Shown one piece after another: positions 19,028 to 27,392 of a DNA stretch of 64,000 nucleotides. Position numbers and translations under genes: made by a program. Source of the DNA: a bacterium (GTDB taxonomy: Bacteria; Patescibacteriota; Minisyncoccia; Phycocordibacterales; UBA2100); assembly GCA_009924895.1 (NCBI GenBank), contig RFQR01000002.1:1368-65367 (forward strand), read 5' to 3'. Each line of letters starts with the position of its first letter. Within the stretch, counting starts at the first letter, position 1. Below the pieces are notes generated by a model. It searched no databases. It was given only the letters and a program-made list of their open reading frames with translations, and was not told the DNA's origin.

Positions 19028-20425
19028 ATGAAACGAGCTACCGGAATATCAGTTGTTGCGATTACAGTCTTTCTGGCGGCACCATTTGCTTACGCCGGTA
19101 CGTTGCCCTGTCCGCATACATGGAATCAAAATTTGAAAATCGGAAGCGCCGGGGATGACGTGTTGAGTCTACAAAAAATCTTAAATTGCGATACTGATAC
19201 TGTCATAGCCATTACTGGCCCCGGTTCAAAAGGAAACGAAACCTCTAGTTACGGGAAGCTGACCGCACTGGCAGTAGTAAAGTTCCAACAAAAATATGCC
19301 GCGGAGATTCTCGCTCCGTCAGGACTTATAACAGGCACCGGGTCAGTCGGTGGAATGACTCGCGCGAAGCTGAACTCTCTGTGTAGGATCACACTTGCAA
19401 CGCAGAGCACTACAGCCTCCTCTTCTGAGCAAGACACGTTAGCCGTGATTTCTCCGCAGCAACCTAAGCCGACCTTGGCACCCGCTGGCGCTGGTGGTGT
19501 TCCATTTACAAACGTCACTCTCACGGCCGAAAGCAAAGACGTGATCGTCAATAACCTCACGGTTCAAAGGACGGGACCTGGCGTGGATAATGTATTCGAA
19601 TCTGTCGCATTGGTTGATGAGAATGGCGACGGCATTGGTGATGAGAAGCGTTTTAATTCCAATCACCAGGCCGTTCTCGGTGATCCTTTTACTATCCCAG
19701 CACACAGTTCCAAGACACTTACGCTCGTTGGAAACATGACTGACGACACGGCCGACTATGCCGGTCAGATGCCGACTCTAGAGGTTGTCGCAATAGATGC
19801 TTCATCACCCATCGAAGGGCTATTTCCGGTCAGAGGTACCGGCCAAGTGATAAACGACACACTTGTCATCGGAGGTGCGACAGCCACGCTCTCGCAATAC
19901 AATCCGTTTACGAGTTCAAATCGCTACATCAATGATACGGGCATCCGGTTTTCGGGTATTCGCATCACTGCTAATTCGCAAGAGGATATCACTCTCTCAT
20001 CGATTACTTGGGATCAGGGTGGCACGGCAGCAGCCAGCGATATCACTAATGTGACGACCATCGTCAATGGGGCTTCGTATCCTACGGAGGTTGATGGACG
20101 ATCGTACACCTCGACGTTCACGCCCGGCATCGTTATTCCCAAGGGGCAGACTGTGGACGTGTATGTGCAAGGTGACCTGACGACAACGGGATCAAACCGC
20201 ACTGTCGAGTTCGATATCGACAGCTCCGACGATATTGCCCTTACGGGTAACACTTACGGCTACGGCGTGGGAATCGCCGCAGGAGGCAATACCGCAACGG
20301 GAGGTAATTCAGTTTTCATCACTTCGACCGGAGACACCGATGGCGACGAAGGCAATCCATTCTTCGCTGGCTCGGTTGTAACAATTAATCCAGGCACTGT
20401 CATCTCCATTCAAAAAGCAAACTAA
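19028..20425 (+). CDS. secreted protein with an N-terminal peptidoglycan-binding-like domain and a Thr/Gly-rich beta-rich C-terminal region
   Basis: Signal peptide MKRATGISVVAITVFLAAPFAYA. PG-binding-like segment (GSAGDDVLSLQKILN...LTALAVVKFQQKYA). Start at the second ATG of the ORF. Confidence 0.5.
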   Translation: MKRATGISVVAITVFLAAPFAYAGTLPCPHTWNQNLKIGSAGDDVLSLQKILNCDTDTVIAITGPGSKGNETSSYGKLTALAVVKFQQKYAAEILAPSGLITGTGSVGGMTRAKLNSLCRITLATQSTTASSSEQDTLAVISPQQPKPTLAPAGAGGVPFTNVTLTAESKDVIVNNLTVQRTGPGVDNVFESVALVDENGDGIGDEKRFNSNHQAVLGDPFTIPAHSSKTLTLVGNMTDDTADYAGQMPTLEVVAIDASSPIEGLFPVRGTGQVINDTLVIGGATATLSQYNPFTSSNRYINDTGIRFSGIRITANSQEDITLSSITWDQGGTAAASDITNVTTIVNGASYPTEVDGRSYTSTFTPGIVIPKGQTVDVYVQGDLTTTGSNRTVEFDIDSSDDIALTGNTYGYGVGIAAGGNTATGGNSVFITSTGDTDGDEGNPFFAGSVVTINPGTVISIQKAN

Positions 20426-20459
20426 GGTTTTTGAGGCCCAAATTTGTTAACATTATCTC

Positions 20460-21629
20460 ATGCCTCAAAAATCCCTTTTATCATTTGTATTCGCATCAGC
20501 TCTGATGATTGCTGGAGTGTATTCGAGTGTCGCGCACGCACAAGAGCTGCTGGTAGACAAAGTGGAGACGGTAAAGGCACAGGTCACCGAAATCGTGAGC
20601 CAGGAGGTTAAGAATATTCCCGGCACTGACACCAGTCACGATTACCAGCAAATCAAAGTAAAAGTATTGGAGGGTACACAAAAGGATCAGATTATAACCG
20701 TCGATAACGATTATTTGAGTCTAAAGGTCGGAGAAGTGTTTTATCTGCGACACGAAACGGATGCCGCAAGCGGGAGAGAAATGTACGCCGTCACCGATCC
20801 ATACCGGCTACCGGCACTATACGGATTCATCGCGCTTTTCGTCATTTGCGTGCTTATTTTTGGAGGGTGGCAAGGGTTGCGAGGTCTTATCGCTCTCGCA
20901 TTAAGTTTCCTTTTTATTTTTTATCTGCTCTTTCCGGGCATCCTGCACGGCTACTCGCCAATCTTGGTAAGCGTTGGAGTTGCGTCGCTCATTATCGTGC
21001 TGGGCTCGTATATAACGCACGGTTTAAATAGAACCACCACAGCGGCAGTAGTAGGCATGGTGATAACAATTCTCCTTACCGGTGCCCTCGCATACTATGC
21101 CGTCCACGTGACCCGACTAAGTGGTTTCGCTTCAGAGGAAGCGGTGTATCTCAACTTCGACATGCGCGGTTCAATCGACTTCATAGGACTTCTACTAGGG
21201 AGCATCCTTATCGGCTTGCTTGGTGTTCTGTATGATGCGGCGATCAGTCAAGCAATCGCCATTGAGGAATTGCACAAAGTCGGACCCCACTTGTCCCGCG
21301 CCTTTATCTTTAAACGTGCCTTACGCATTGGGCGTGAACATATTGGCGCTCTCGTAAATACGCTTGCGATCGCGTACGTCGGCGCATCCTTGCCGCTTCT
21401 ATTGCTTTTCTATGCTTCGACCGACTCCAGCTTTTCTCTAAACTTGAACCGTGAGCTGTTTGCTACGGAAGTGATCCGCACCATGATTGGTTCGATTGGC
21501 CTCGTGCTCGCGGTACCGATCACTTCTCTTATTACTGTTCTCATGCTTATCAAACCAAAAAAGAACTCCGATAAGGCGGTGGTCGAGAAAGAGATGAGCG
21601 CGGTCAGTCATATAGGCCATTCTCATTAG
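20460..21629 (+). CDS. YibE/F-like multi-pass membrane protein
   Basis: N-terminal signal/TM, ~100-aa extracytoplasmic domain, then six or more TM helices. Architecture resembles the YibE/F family. Confidence 0.4.
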   Translation: MPQKSLLSFVFASALMIAGVYSSVAHAQELLVDKVETVKAQVTEIVSQEVKNIPGTDTSHDYQQIKVKVLEGTQKDQIITVDNDYLSLKVGEVFYLRHETDAASGREMYAVTDPYRLPALYGFIALFVICVLIFGGWQGLRGLIALALSFLFIFYLLFPGILHGYSPILVSVGVASLIIVLGSYITHGLNRTTTAAVVGMVITILLTGALAYYAVHVTRLSGFASEEAVYLNFDMRGSIDFIGLLLGSILIGLLGVLYDAAISQAIAIEELHKVGPHLSRAFIFKRALRIGREHIGALVNTLAIAYVGASLPLLLLFYASTDSSFSLNLNRELFATEVIRTMIGSIGLVLAVPITSLITVLMLIKPKKNSDKAVVEKEMSAVSHIGHSH

Positions 21630-21660
21630 CAATAGTAAGTAGACTTGGCACCAAAACTAC

Positions 21661-21690
21661 AAAAACCACATTGCAACGAATGTGGTTTTT
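21661..21690 (+). terminator. intrinsic terminator aaaaaccacat-tgcaacga-atgtggttttt
   Basis: Perfect hairpin with A/T flanks directly after the 20460..21629 gene. Confidence 0.6.
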
Positions 21691-21730
21691 GTAAAGCTAA
21701 AAACGAGCTTCCTCGTGCTAGCTGTTAGAT

Positions 21731-21830
21731 GCGGTGTATTATTAAAATAGCTCGAACTGAATTCAGCCCTCGCCGCGCAGAGCGCGGCTCGCAATGTGGG
21801 GGTGAAAAAATTCGGAGCGGCTCCGCCGCG
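21731..21830. repeat. left inverted repeat (IR-A) of the methyltransferase cassette
   Basis: gcggtgtattattaaaatagctcgaactgaattcagccctcgccgcgc is the exact reverse complement of 22687..22734. The match continues imperfectly for ~100 bp. Confidence 0.8.
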
Positions 21831-21865
21831 AAAATTAACAATTTCAAGTTTTTCTTTGGCGGCAA

Positions 21866-22546
21866 TTAAATGACTCTACTACCTTGATATTTTAATCTAA
21901 AAAATCCGCGTATGCCAAATAATGTGCGATATATGATAAAACCAATATTTTCCAAACGATTCAAAAAAGAATTTCTTTCCACTTTTTCAAAGTATGTAAT
22001 AGTATCAACCAAACGCGGATTTTTAATTCTAGATGATGTTAATAAAGGAATTGCTGTTGCTAAATTCGGACCGATAAAATGCCAAGAATCATGGAAGGCT
22101 AAAAATCCACCGTTCATTACTTTTGAAAACCATAAATTAAAGTCTAATTTAACAAAACTATATTCATGAGCACCATCAATAAAAGCAAATTCAATCTTTT
22201 GGTTAAAATTTTTCGCCGCATTTTCGGATGTATCTCTTACAGGCTCAACATATTCAGCTACTCCGGCCTTGTTTATATTTTGTTTAAATTCTTCAAATGT
22301 ATCAACTTTGCCGAACATTTTTTGATGTTCGGAGGAGCCGATGTGTGGATCAACGGCAAAAATTTTAACTTTATTCGCATCTCTAGAGCCGTTCCCAAGA
22401 CAAATAGTAGATTTTCCTTTCCACGAACCAACTTCTACGATTACATTTCCAGTTTTGATTTTCTTTGCAATGTTATACAAAGAAAGGCCCTCGGCCTCTG
22501 TCAACCACCCGCCAACATTTTCAGTAGCTTTATTAAAATCAAACAT
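21866..22546 (-). CDS. class I SAM-dependent methyltransferase (O-methyltransferase / Methyltransf_24-like)
   Basis: VIVEVGSWKGKST (GxGxG-like) and FAFIDGAHEY motifs. The gene is AT-rich relative to its neighbours. Confidence 0.7.
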   Translation of the reverse strand: MFDFNKATENVGGWLTEAEGLSLYNIAKKIKTGNVIVEVGSWKGKSTICLGNGSRDANKVKIFAVDPHIGSSEHQKMFGKVDTFEEFKQNINKAGVAEYVEPVRDTSENAAKNFNQKIEFAFIDGAHEYSFVKLDFNLWFSKVMNGGFLAFHDSWHFIGPNLATAIPLLTSSRIKNPRLVDTITYFEKVERNSFLNRLENIGFIIYRTLFGIRGFFRLKYQGSRVI

Positions 22547-22626
22547 ATGATTAAAAAATTTCTTTTGCCCTTAAAAAATATGATTCGAGCCGATTTGTTT
22601 TCAGGTTCTTTGGCAGTTTGGAATGT

Positions 22627-22734
22627 GCGCGGCGGAGCCGCTCATTTTTGCCTCGCCCGACCCGAGCCGCGCGAAGCGCGGCGAGGGCTGAATTCAGTTC
22701 GAGCTATTTTAATAATACACCGCCAGTTGGAATT
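22627..22734. repeat. right inverted repeat (IR-A') of the methyltransferase cassette
   Basis: Reverse complement of 21731..21830. Abuts IR-B directly. Confidence 0.8.
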
Positions 22735-22829
22735 TTTCAAGCAAGTGCCGTTCGCCTCGCGGCGGCTTTGCCGCCTCTCGGCAAGGATTTCAAATGGTTT
22801 TTTGGCCGAAAACGAAATGCATTTATCAA
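22733..22829. repeat. left inverted repeat (IR-B) upstream of the serine recombinase gene
   Basis: ccagttggaatttttcaagcaagtgccgttcgcctcgcggcggctttgccgcc... is the reverse complement of 24226..24332, with about four mismatches in ~100 bp. Confidence 0.85.
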
Positions 22830-22862
22830 TAAGGGCAAAAGAAATTTTTTAATCCTAATCTT

Positions 22863-24386
22863 ATGAAATACATACTTTATGCAAGAAAATCTACCGAGAG
22901 TGAGGAACGTCAAATTTTGAGTATTGAAGCCCAAATTTCCGAATTAAAAGAATTTGCCGCCAAAGAAAAACTTGAAATTGTTGCTTCGCTTTGCGAAGCC
23001 CAAACTGCCAAAGAACCTGGGCGAACGAAGTTCGCCGAAATGTTGTCATTTCTGCAAGCCGGAAAAGCTGACGGAATTTTGAGCTGGCATCCGGATCGTC
23101 TCGCCCGAAATTCCATAGACGGCGGACAAATTGTCTATTTGCTGGACACAGGAATAATTAAAGATTTGAAATTTCCGACATTTTGGTTTGACAATACACC
23201 GCAAGGAAAATTTATGTTGAACATTGCCTTTGGGCAAAGCAAATACTACATAGACAACTTGAGCGAGAATATTCGCCGAGGTCATCGCGCAAAACTTCGC
23301 AGGGGCGTATTCCCCGGCTTTGCTCCACTTGGCTATCTCAACAATCATCGCACTCGCGATATTGATATTGACCCAGAAAAATCTTCGCTAGTCCGAAAAG
23401 GTTTCGAGCTATACGCAACTGGCAAATACACCCTGAAGCAAATCGCGAGAGCGTTAAAAGATATTGGCCTCCGGAGTTACAAAGGCAATGTTCTTTCTGT
23501 TTCCTGTGCACAGAGACTTCTTCAAAATCATTTCTATTACGGAATTTTCAAATTTAAGGGCGAGACGTATCAGGGAATGCACGAGCCGTTAATTTCAAAG
23601 AAACTTTTTGATAAATGCCAAGAAGTTATGAAATCTCGCGGACATATCAAAACACGCAAAGCCGAGAAAACTTTTCCGTTTCGTGGATTATTCGCTTGCG
23701 GAGAGTGCGGCTGTGCTATTACTGCCGAAACTCAAAAGGGCCATAACTATTACAGATGTACGAAAAAGAAGACCGTTTGCTCGCAAAAATATGTCCGAGA
23801 GGAAGCACTGACCGAACAGGTGAAAAGTTTTCTTCAAAAAGTTTCTTTACCGAGCCAAGATGCTGAAAAGGTTTTGCGCGAGCTAGACAAAGACGAGCAG
23901 AAAGCAATAATGAGTAGCCGAGAAATTTTGCAAAATCTCAAAAGTGAAATTGTCGAAATCAGCACAAAGTTGGATAAATTGCTTTCTGCGTATCTCGACG
24001 AGATAGTTTCAGCCGATGAGTACGCCGCGCAAAAAGAGAAACTGCTCGCGCGAAAGGTCGAGTGTACTGAAGAAATCGGCGAAGTTGAGAACAAAAGTGT
24101 GTCTTGGCTCGAACCGGCTCGTGCGTTTGTAAAATCCTTAAATCAAGCTGAAAATCTTGTCCAGTCTGGGGATAAAGCAGAAATGACAACATTTCTAAAA
24201 CAAATCGGCTCGAATCATATTTTGTTTGATAAATGCATTTCGTTTTCGGCCAAAAAACCCTTTGAAATTCTTGCCGAGCGGCGGCAAAGCCGCCGCGAGG
24301 CGAACGGCACTTGCTTGAAAAATTCCAACTGGCGGAGAGGGAGGGATTCGAACCCTCGAGACAATTTTACTCGCCTAACACGTTAG
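22863..24386 (+). CDS. large serine recombinase (resolvase catalytic domain, recombinase domain, zinc ribbon, coiled coil)
   Basis: N-terminal YARKSTESEERQ...S...DRLAR catalytic motifs. Cys-rich ribbon CGECGC...YYRC. Coiled-coil C-terminus. The ORF runs into the adjacent tRNA-Ser, so the true stop may lie there. Confidence 0.85.
   Translation: MKYILYARKSTESEERQILSIEAQISELKEFAAKEKLEIVASLCEAQTAKEPGRTKFAEMLSFLQAGKADGILSWHPDRLARNSIDGGQIVYLLDTGIIKDLKFPTFWFDNTPQGKFMLNIAFGQSKYYIDNLSENIRRGHRAKLRRGVFPGFAPLGYLNNHRTRDIDIDPEKSSLVRKGFELYATGKYTLKQIARALKDIGLRSYKGNVLSVSCAQRLLQNHFYYGIFKFKGETYQGMHEPLISKKLFDKCQEVMKSRGHIKTRKAEKTFPFRGLFACGECGCAITAETQKGHNYYRCTKKKTVCSQKYVREEALTEQVKSFLQKVSLPSQDAEKVLRELDKDEQKAIMSSREILQNLKSEIVEISTKLDKLLSAYLDEIVSADEYAAQKEKLLARKVECTEEIGEVENKSVSWLEPARAFVKSLNQAENLVQSGDKAEMTTFLKQIGSNHILFDKCISFSAKKPFEILAERRQSRREANGTCLKNSNWRRGRDSNPRDNFTRLTR
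24226..24332. repeat. right inverted repeat (IR-B') inside the recombinase 3' coding region, ending at the CCA end of tRNA-Ser
   Basis: Reverse complement of 22733..22829. Its last 3 nt overlap the encoded CCA of tRNA-Ser. Confidence 0.85.
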
Positions 24387-24421
24387 CACCGTGCCGCCTT
24401 CGACCGCTCGGCCACCTCTCC
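24330..24421 (-). tRNA. tRNA-Ser (GCU), class II with long variable arm, CCA encoded
   Basis: Reverse complement ggagaggtggccgagcggtcgaaggcggcacggtGCTaacgtgt...gagggttcgaatccctccctctccgcca. Confidence 0.85.
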
Positions 24422-24490
24422 GTGCAAAGTAGCGTATCATTTTTTGCTCTTTTTCCCAAAAAATCGTATTATCTAAGCGTCTGCTAGGAA

Positions 24491-24563
24491 GGCCCTATCG
24501 TCTAGGGGTTAGGACAGCGCCTTTTCAAGGCGTTAACCCGGGTTCGAGTCCCGGTAGGGTCAC
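24491..24563 (+). tRNA. tRNA-Glu (UUC)
   Basis: ggccctatcgtctaggggttaggacagcgccttTTCaaggcgttaacccgggttcgagtcccggtagggtca. Resembles canonical bacterial tRNA-Glu. Confidence 0.85.
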
Positions 24564-24591
24564 AAAATAGAACTTCGTCCAATGAAAGGAC

Positions 24592-24636
24592 GGAACGCAC
24601 GCTCGCATGGGGCGAGCGTGCGTTCCGCTCTTTCTT
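24592..24636 (+). terminator. intrinsic terminator (15-bp GC-rich hairpin ggaacgcacgctcgc-atgg-ggcgagcgtgcgttcc plus T-rich tail)
   Basis: Perfect hairpin 29 nt downstream of tRNA-Glu. Confidence 0.65.
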
Positions 24637-24654
24637 CCGAAGAAGTTTCTTTAT

Positions 24655-24916
24655 GTGAGGATATTCTAACCTTTGCGCGAACGTATTTTGAGCGAAGCGA
24701 GTGACTTCGCACGCGCCGCGCGCGTGGTGATGTGTACCTGATCGTACGCCCGGATTCCACACCAACGCTGGGCACCGCCCGCCGCGGCCAAGGCCGCGGC
24801 AACTCCGAACAAATCCGCTCCATGCATTTCGGATTCGCCACGAGAATGCATTTTGAAGAAGAAGGAATGGGCGGGTTTGTTCAGGGTTGTGCATTTCAGG
24901 CAGGGCGGCGCGCAAC
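24655..24916. repeat. left copy of a ~260-bp imperfect inverted repeat (IR-C)
   Basis: Reverse complement aligns with 26879..27152 over its whole length. Shared blocks include ggttagaatatcctcaca, cgaaatgcatggagcgg and gaacaaacccgccc. Confidence 0.8.
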
Positions 24917-24955
24917 AAATATCTATACTAATCGAATTGAAGTGTTTCCTGTGAA

Positions 24956-25417
24956 TTGTGGTACTATTTCTGTATGAATCCTAACGAGTGGAAGATTGTC
25001 GGTTGGATCGAGATATCAATGTTACTCGGGTCGTTTGTTCTCGGCGGGCTAATACTGGCTCCATTATTTTTTGCTTCCACCGATGGCGCCGACCAATACG
25101 CAAATGTACTAATTGGTTTCTCGGCTTCTTTTTTCGGTGGAGTGATAGATATCTTTCTCACTCTGGCTTGTGCATGGGTAGGCGTTTGGAGTGCTGCGCG
25201 ACGCAAACTTTTTTCTTATGAGACTAGCGCCGAGCGGGTCGCACTTTTCAGCGTCTTATTTTTCTGGATTCTTAGCGATGCAACGCATTTGATTTTTATC
25301 ATTTTTGCTCCGCTCGCAACAGTACTGCTGGTACTTGTACAATTAGCCGCGCTGTTTGTCGGCATCAAAATCTTGGTTCAACGCGCAATAGATATGTCAG
25401 GAAATTTGTTGAGATAA
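24956..25417 (+). CDS. hypothetical integral membrane protein (153 aa, ~4 TM)
   Basis: ORF track. Strongly hydrophobic segments. No family recognised. Confidence 0.45.
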   Translation: MWYYFCMNPNEWKIVGWIEISMLLGSFVLGGLILAPLFFASTDGADQYANVLIGFSASFFGGVIDIFLTLACAWVGVWSAARRKLFSYETSAERVALFSVLFFWILSDATHLIFIIFAPLATVLLVLVQLAALFVGIKILVQRAIDMSGNLLR

Positions 25418-25427
25418 ATTTTCATAT

Positions 25428-25814
25428 ATGACGTCGAGTGAAGTAAAGATCATGGCAATTATTTCGATCTTCCTTCTGATGGGCGACTTTCTAATATCTC
25501 ATCTTGAAGTTCTTGCATGGCCGGAAGCAAGAATCGCCGGTTTTCTTGTTCATTTTGCCTTTCTGATCGGATGTTCTTGGGTTGCAACGTTTACAGCTGC
25601 TCGATTTGGCCTGCTCGAACCGCATATTCGTACGCGAATGATATCAGCAACGAGTATTGCAGTGTTCCTCCTTATTCTTTTAATGAAACACGTACCGCAA
25701 GCCGCTGGTTTGTTCGTGCGAGCACCGCTGCTAATGTTGATCAATTTCTTGATTTTTAATGCGCCATTGTATTTTGCGCTTAATTATTTTCTTCAACGGG
25801 AGACAAATTCATAA
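25428..25814 (+). CDS. hypothetical integral membrane protein (128 aa, ~4 TM)
   Basis: ORF track. 10-nt gap to the upstream gene. Hydrophobic. Confidence 0.45.
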   Translation: MTSSEVKIMAIISIFLLMGDFLISHLEVLAWPEARIAGFLVHFAFLIGCSWVATFTAARFGLLEPHIRTRMISATSIAVFLLILLMKHVPQAAGLFVRAPLLMLINFLIFNAPLYFALNYFLQRETNS

Positions 25815-25978
25815 TCCGCATCTCAACGTTAAATTGAAGACAGATCGAAACACAGCTTGAACCTAAAAGGATTGCTCACTTGCAGCAGAAATGAACATAC
25901 GCGACGAGAAGAAGGTGACACCGACAAATATCGCCCAGAATAAGATTGTCCACAGAGGTGATGACTTTAGGCCGGAAA

Positions 25979-26245
25979 TCAATTGCGGCACATCGGATGC
26001 AAAGACGCACACGACCACGAAATACGAGCACCGATAACAATCGACGCTATTCCGCCGAAGATTACAGTCACCACCGCAAAAGCCTCTACCAATGGTGGGA
26101 CGCGGGAAGCTCCGTTTGTGACCAATAGAACCCCTATCGCCAATCCCAAAACTATGGAGGCAAGATACAGGGCGAGCTGCATAAGAAAAATGCCACCCGC
26201 CACACTAAGAATGACATATGAGGGGCGCGTTGAATGCATGCACAT
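25979..26245 (-). CDS. hypothetical small membrane protein (88 aa, 2-3 TM)
   Basis: ORF track. Hydrophobic. Convergent with the two + strand membrane genes. Confidence 0.35.
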   Translation of the reverse strand: MCMHSTRPSYVILSVAGGIFLMQLALYLASIVLGLAIGVLLVTNGASRVPPLVEAFAVVTVIFGGIASIVIGARISWSCASLHPMCRN

Positions 26246-26286
26246 TACTGTACCATGTATTTGGCTGCGGCGATGATGCAGGAGTA

Positions 26287-26800
26287 AATAAAGAATCTTG
26301 TTGCGACTATAGGGATATGTATTTCGCGCCTCGTCCTATGCCATTCTTTCCCAATTTGCCCTGTTTGACGAGAGCGGCAGTATAGCGACTCGCTGTCGCG
26401 TCCGGGACATGCAGCAGCTTTTCAATTTCGTCATTTGTGATCGATTTGTGTTGCCTCACAAACTCCACAATTCTTGCGAGCTACACTTCTTTATTCCGCG
26501 TCTTTGTCGCAGCCGACTTCGCTCTATCGTTAGCACTCCATTTACGTCCAACTGGTGCTAAAGGTTGTGGTGTCGATATCGATTGCGACATTGACTGTGA
26601 ATCCACCGGTATTTCTTGAGCCGATGGTGATTCTTATGGAATGACGGGCGGCGGTTCTGTAGACGCTGATTGTTCGGCAACAGGAACATATACAGGCGCA
26701 GGCGGAATCGGTTCAGCAAGTGCTGGTGCGGCTGCTTCAAACACAGGCGCAGATTCAGTCGGAGTTGGCGTGTCTTGCACAACATAATCCGTCATTCCCT
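26287..26800 (-). pseudogene. decayed gene: Pro/Ala-rich N-terminal region plus C-terminal winged-helix-like DNA-binding segment, interrupted by a TAA, a frameshift and a TAG
   Basis: Three consecutive minus-strand frames read MTDYVVQDTPTPTESAPVFEAAAPALAEPIPPAPVYVPV..VIP*, then ..RKWSANDRAKSAATKTRNKEV*, then LARIVEFVRQHKSITNDEIEKLLHVPDATASRYTAALVKQGKLGKNGIGRGAKYISL*. Confidence 0.35.
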
Positions 26801-26878
26801 TAATCTATCAAAATCGGCTCACATTGAATGTCGAAACGGCTTATCCATATATATACGTTTGAGCCGTTTCGTCCTTTT

Positions 26879-27152
26879 GGATTTGTATGCGCCGTCCATG
26901 CCTGAAAGGCAGAACCCCGAACAAACCCGCCCATTCCTTCTTTTTCAAAATGCATTCTCGAGGCGAATCCGAAATGCATGGAGCGGGTTTGTTCGGAGTT
27001 GCCGCGGTACTCCGCGGCGGGCGGTTTGGCAGGATTGGCACGAACTCGGAGCGTACGCTTCGCGTCCGCAATTCCACGCACGCGGCGCGTGCGGAGTCAG
27101 TCGCTTCGCTCGAAATACGTTCGCGCGAAGGTTAGAATATCCTCACAAAGGC
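26879..27152. repeat. right copy of the ~260-bp imperfect inverted repeat (IR-C')
   Basis: Reverse complement of 24655..24916. Confidence 0.8.
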
Positions 27153-27183
27153 AAAAACTCTGCACTGCTGCGGAGTTTTTTGC
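27146..27183 (+). terminator. terminator-like hairpin (aaaaactctgcactgctgcggagtttttt), copy 1 of a 33-bp direct repeat
   Basis: A-tract, 7-bp stem (ctctgca.../...tgcggag with one G·U pair), T-tract. Repeated at 27358..27392. Confidence 0.5.
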
Positions 27184-27357
27184 ACTTTGTGAAGACGGAG
27201 CCATGTTTCGCTAGCAAGCGAAACGGGCGAGTCCGGGGCTGGAAAATTTTTGTTTGACAAACAAAAATTATTGTGGCTCACATCAAAAATAGGATCAAGA
27301 GGAGAAAAGTTTTGTCGAAAACTTTTCGAGCTCTTGGGAGGATCCTGGTAGTATCAC

Positions 27358-27392
27358 AAAGGCAAAAACTCTGCACTGCCGCGGAGTTTGTG
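27358..27392 (+). repeat. second copy of the cacaaaggcaaaaactctgcactgcYgcggagttt direct repeat (hairpin, weaker T-tract)
   Basis: Matches 27148..27180 at 32 of 33 positions. Confidence 0.5.

Noticed and set aside
24502-24977. Several short ORFs (24502..24918, 24560..24841, 24666..24851, 24732..24977) across tRNA-Glu and the left long IR
   Set aside because: Mutually overlapping Arg/Ala-rich translations of GC-rich repeat DNA. The one reading frame preserved in both IR copies is explained by nucleotide identity. I do not call it a gene without further evidence.
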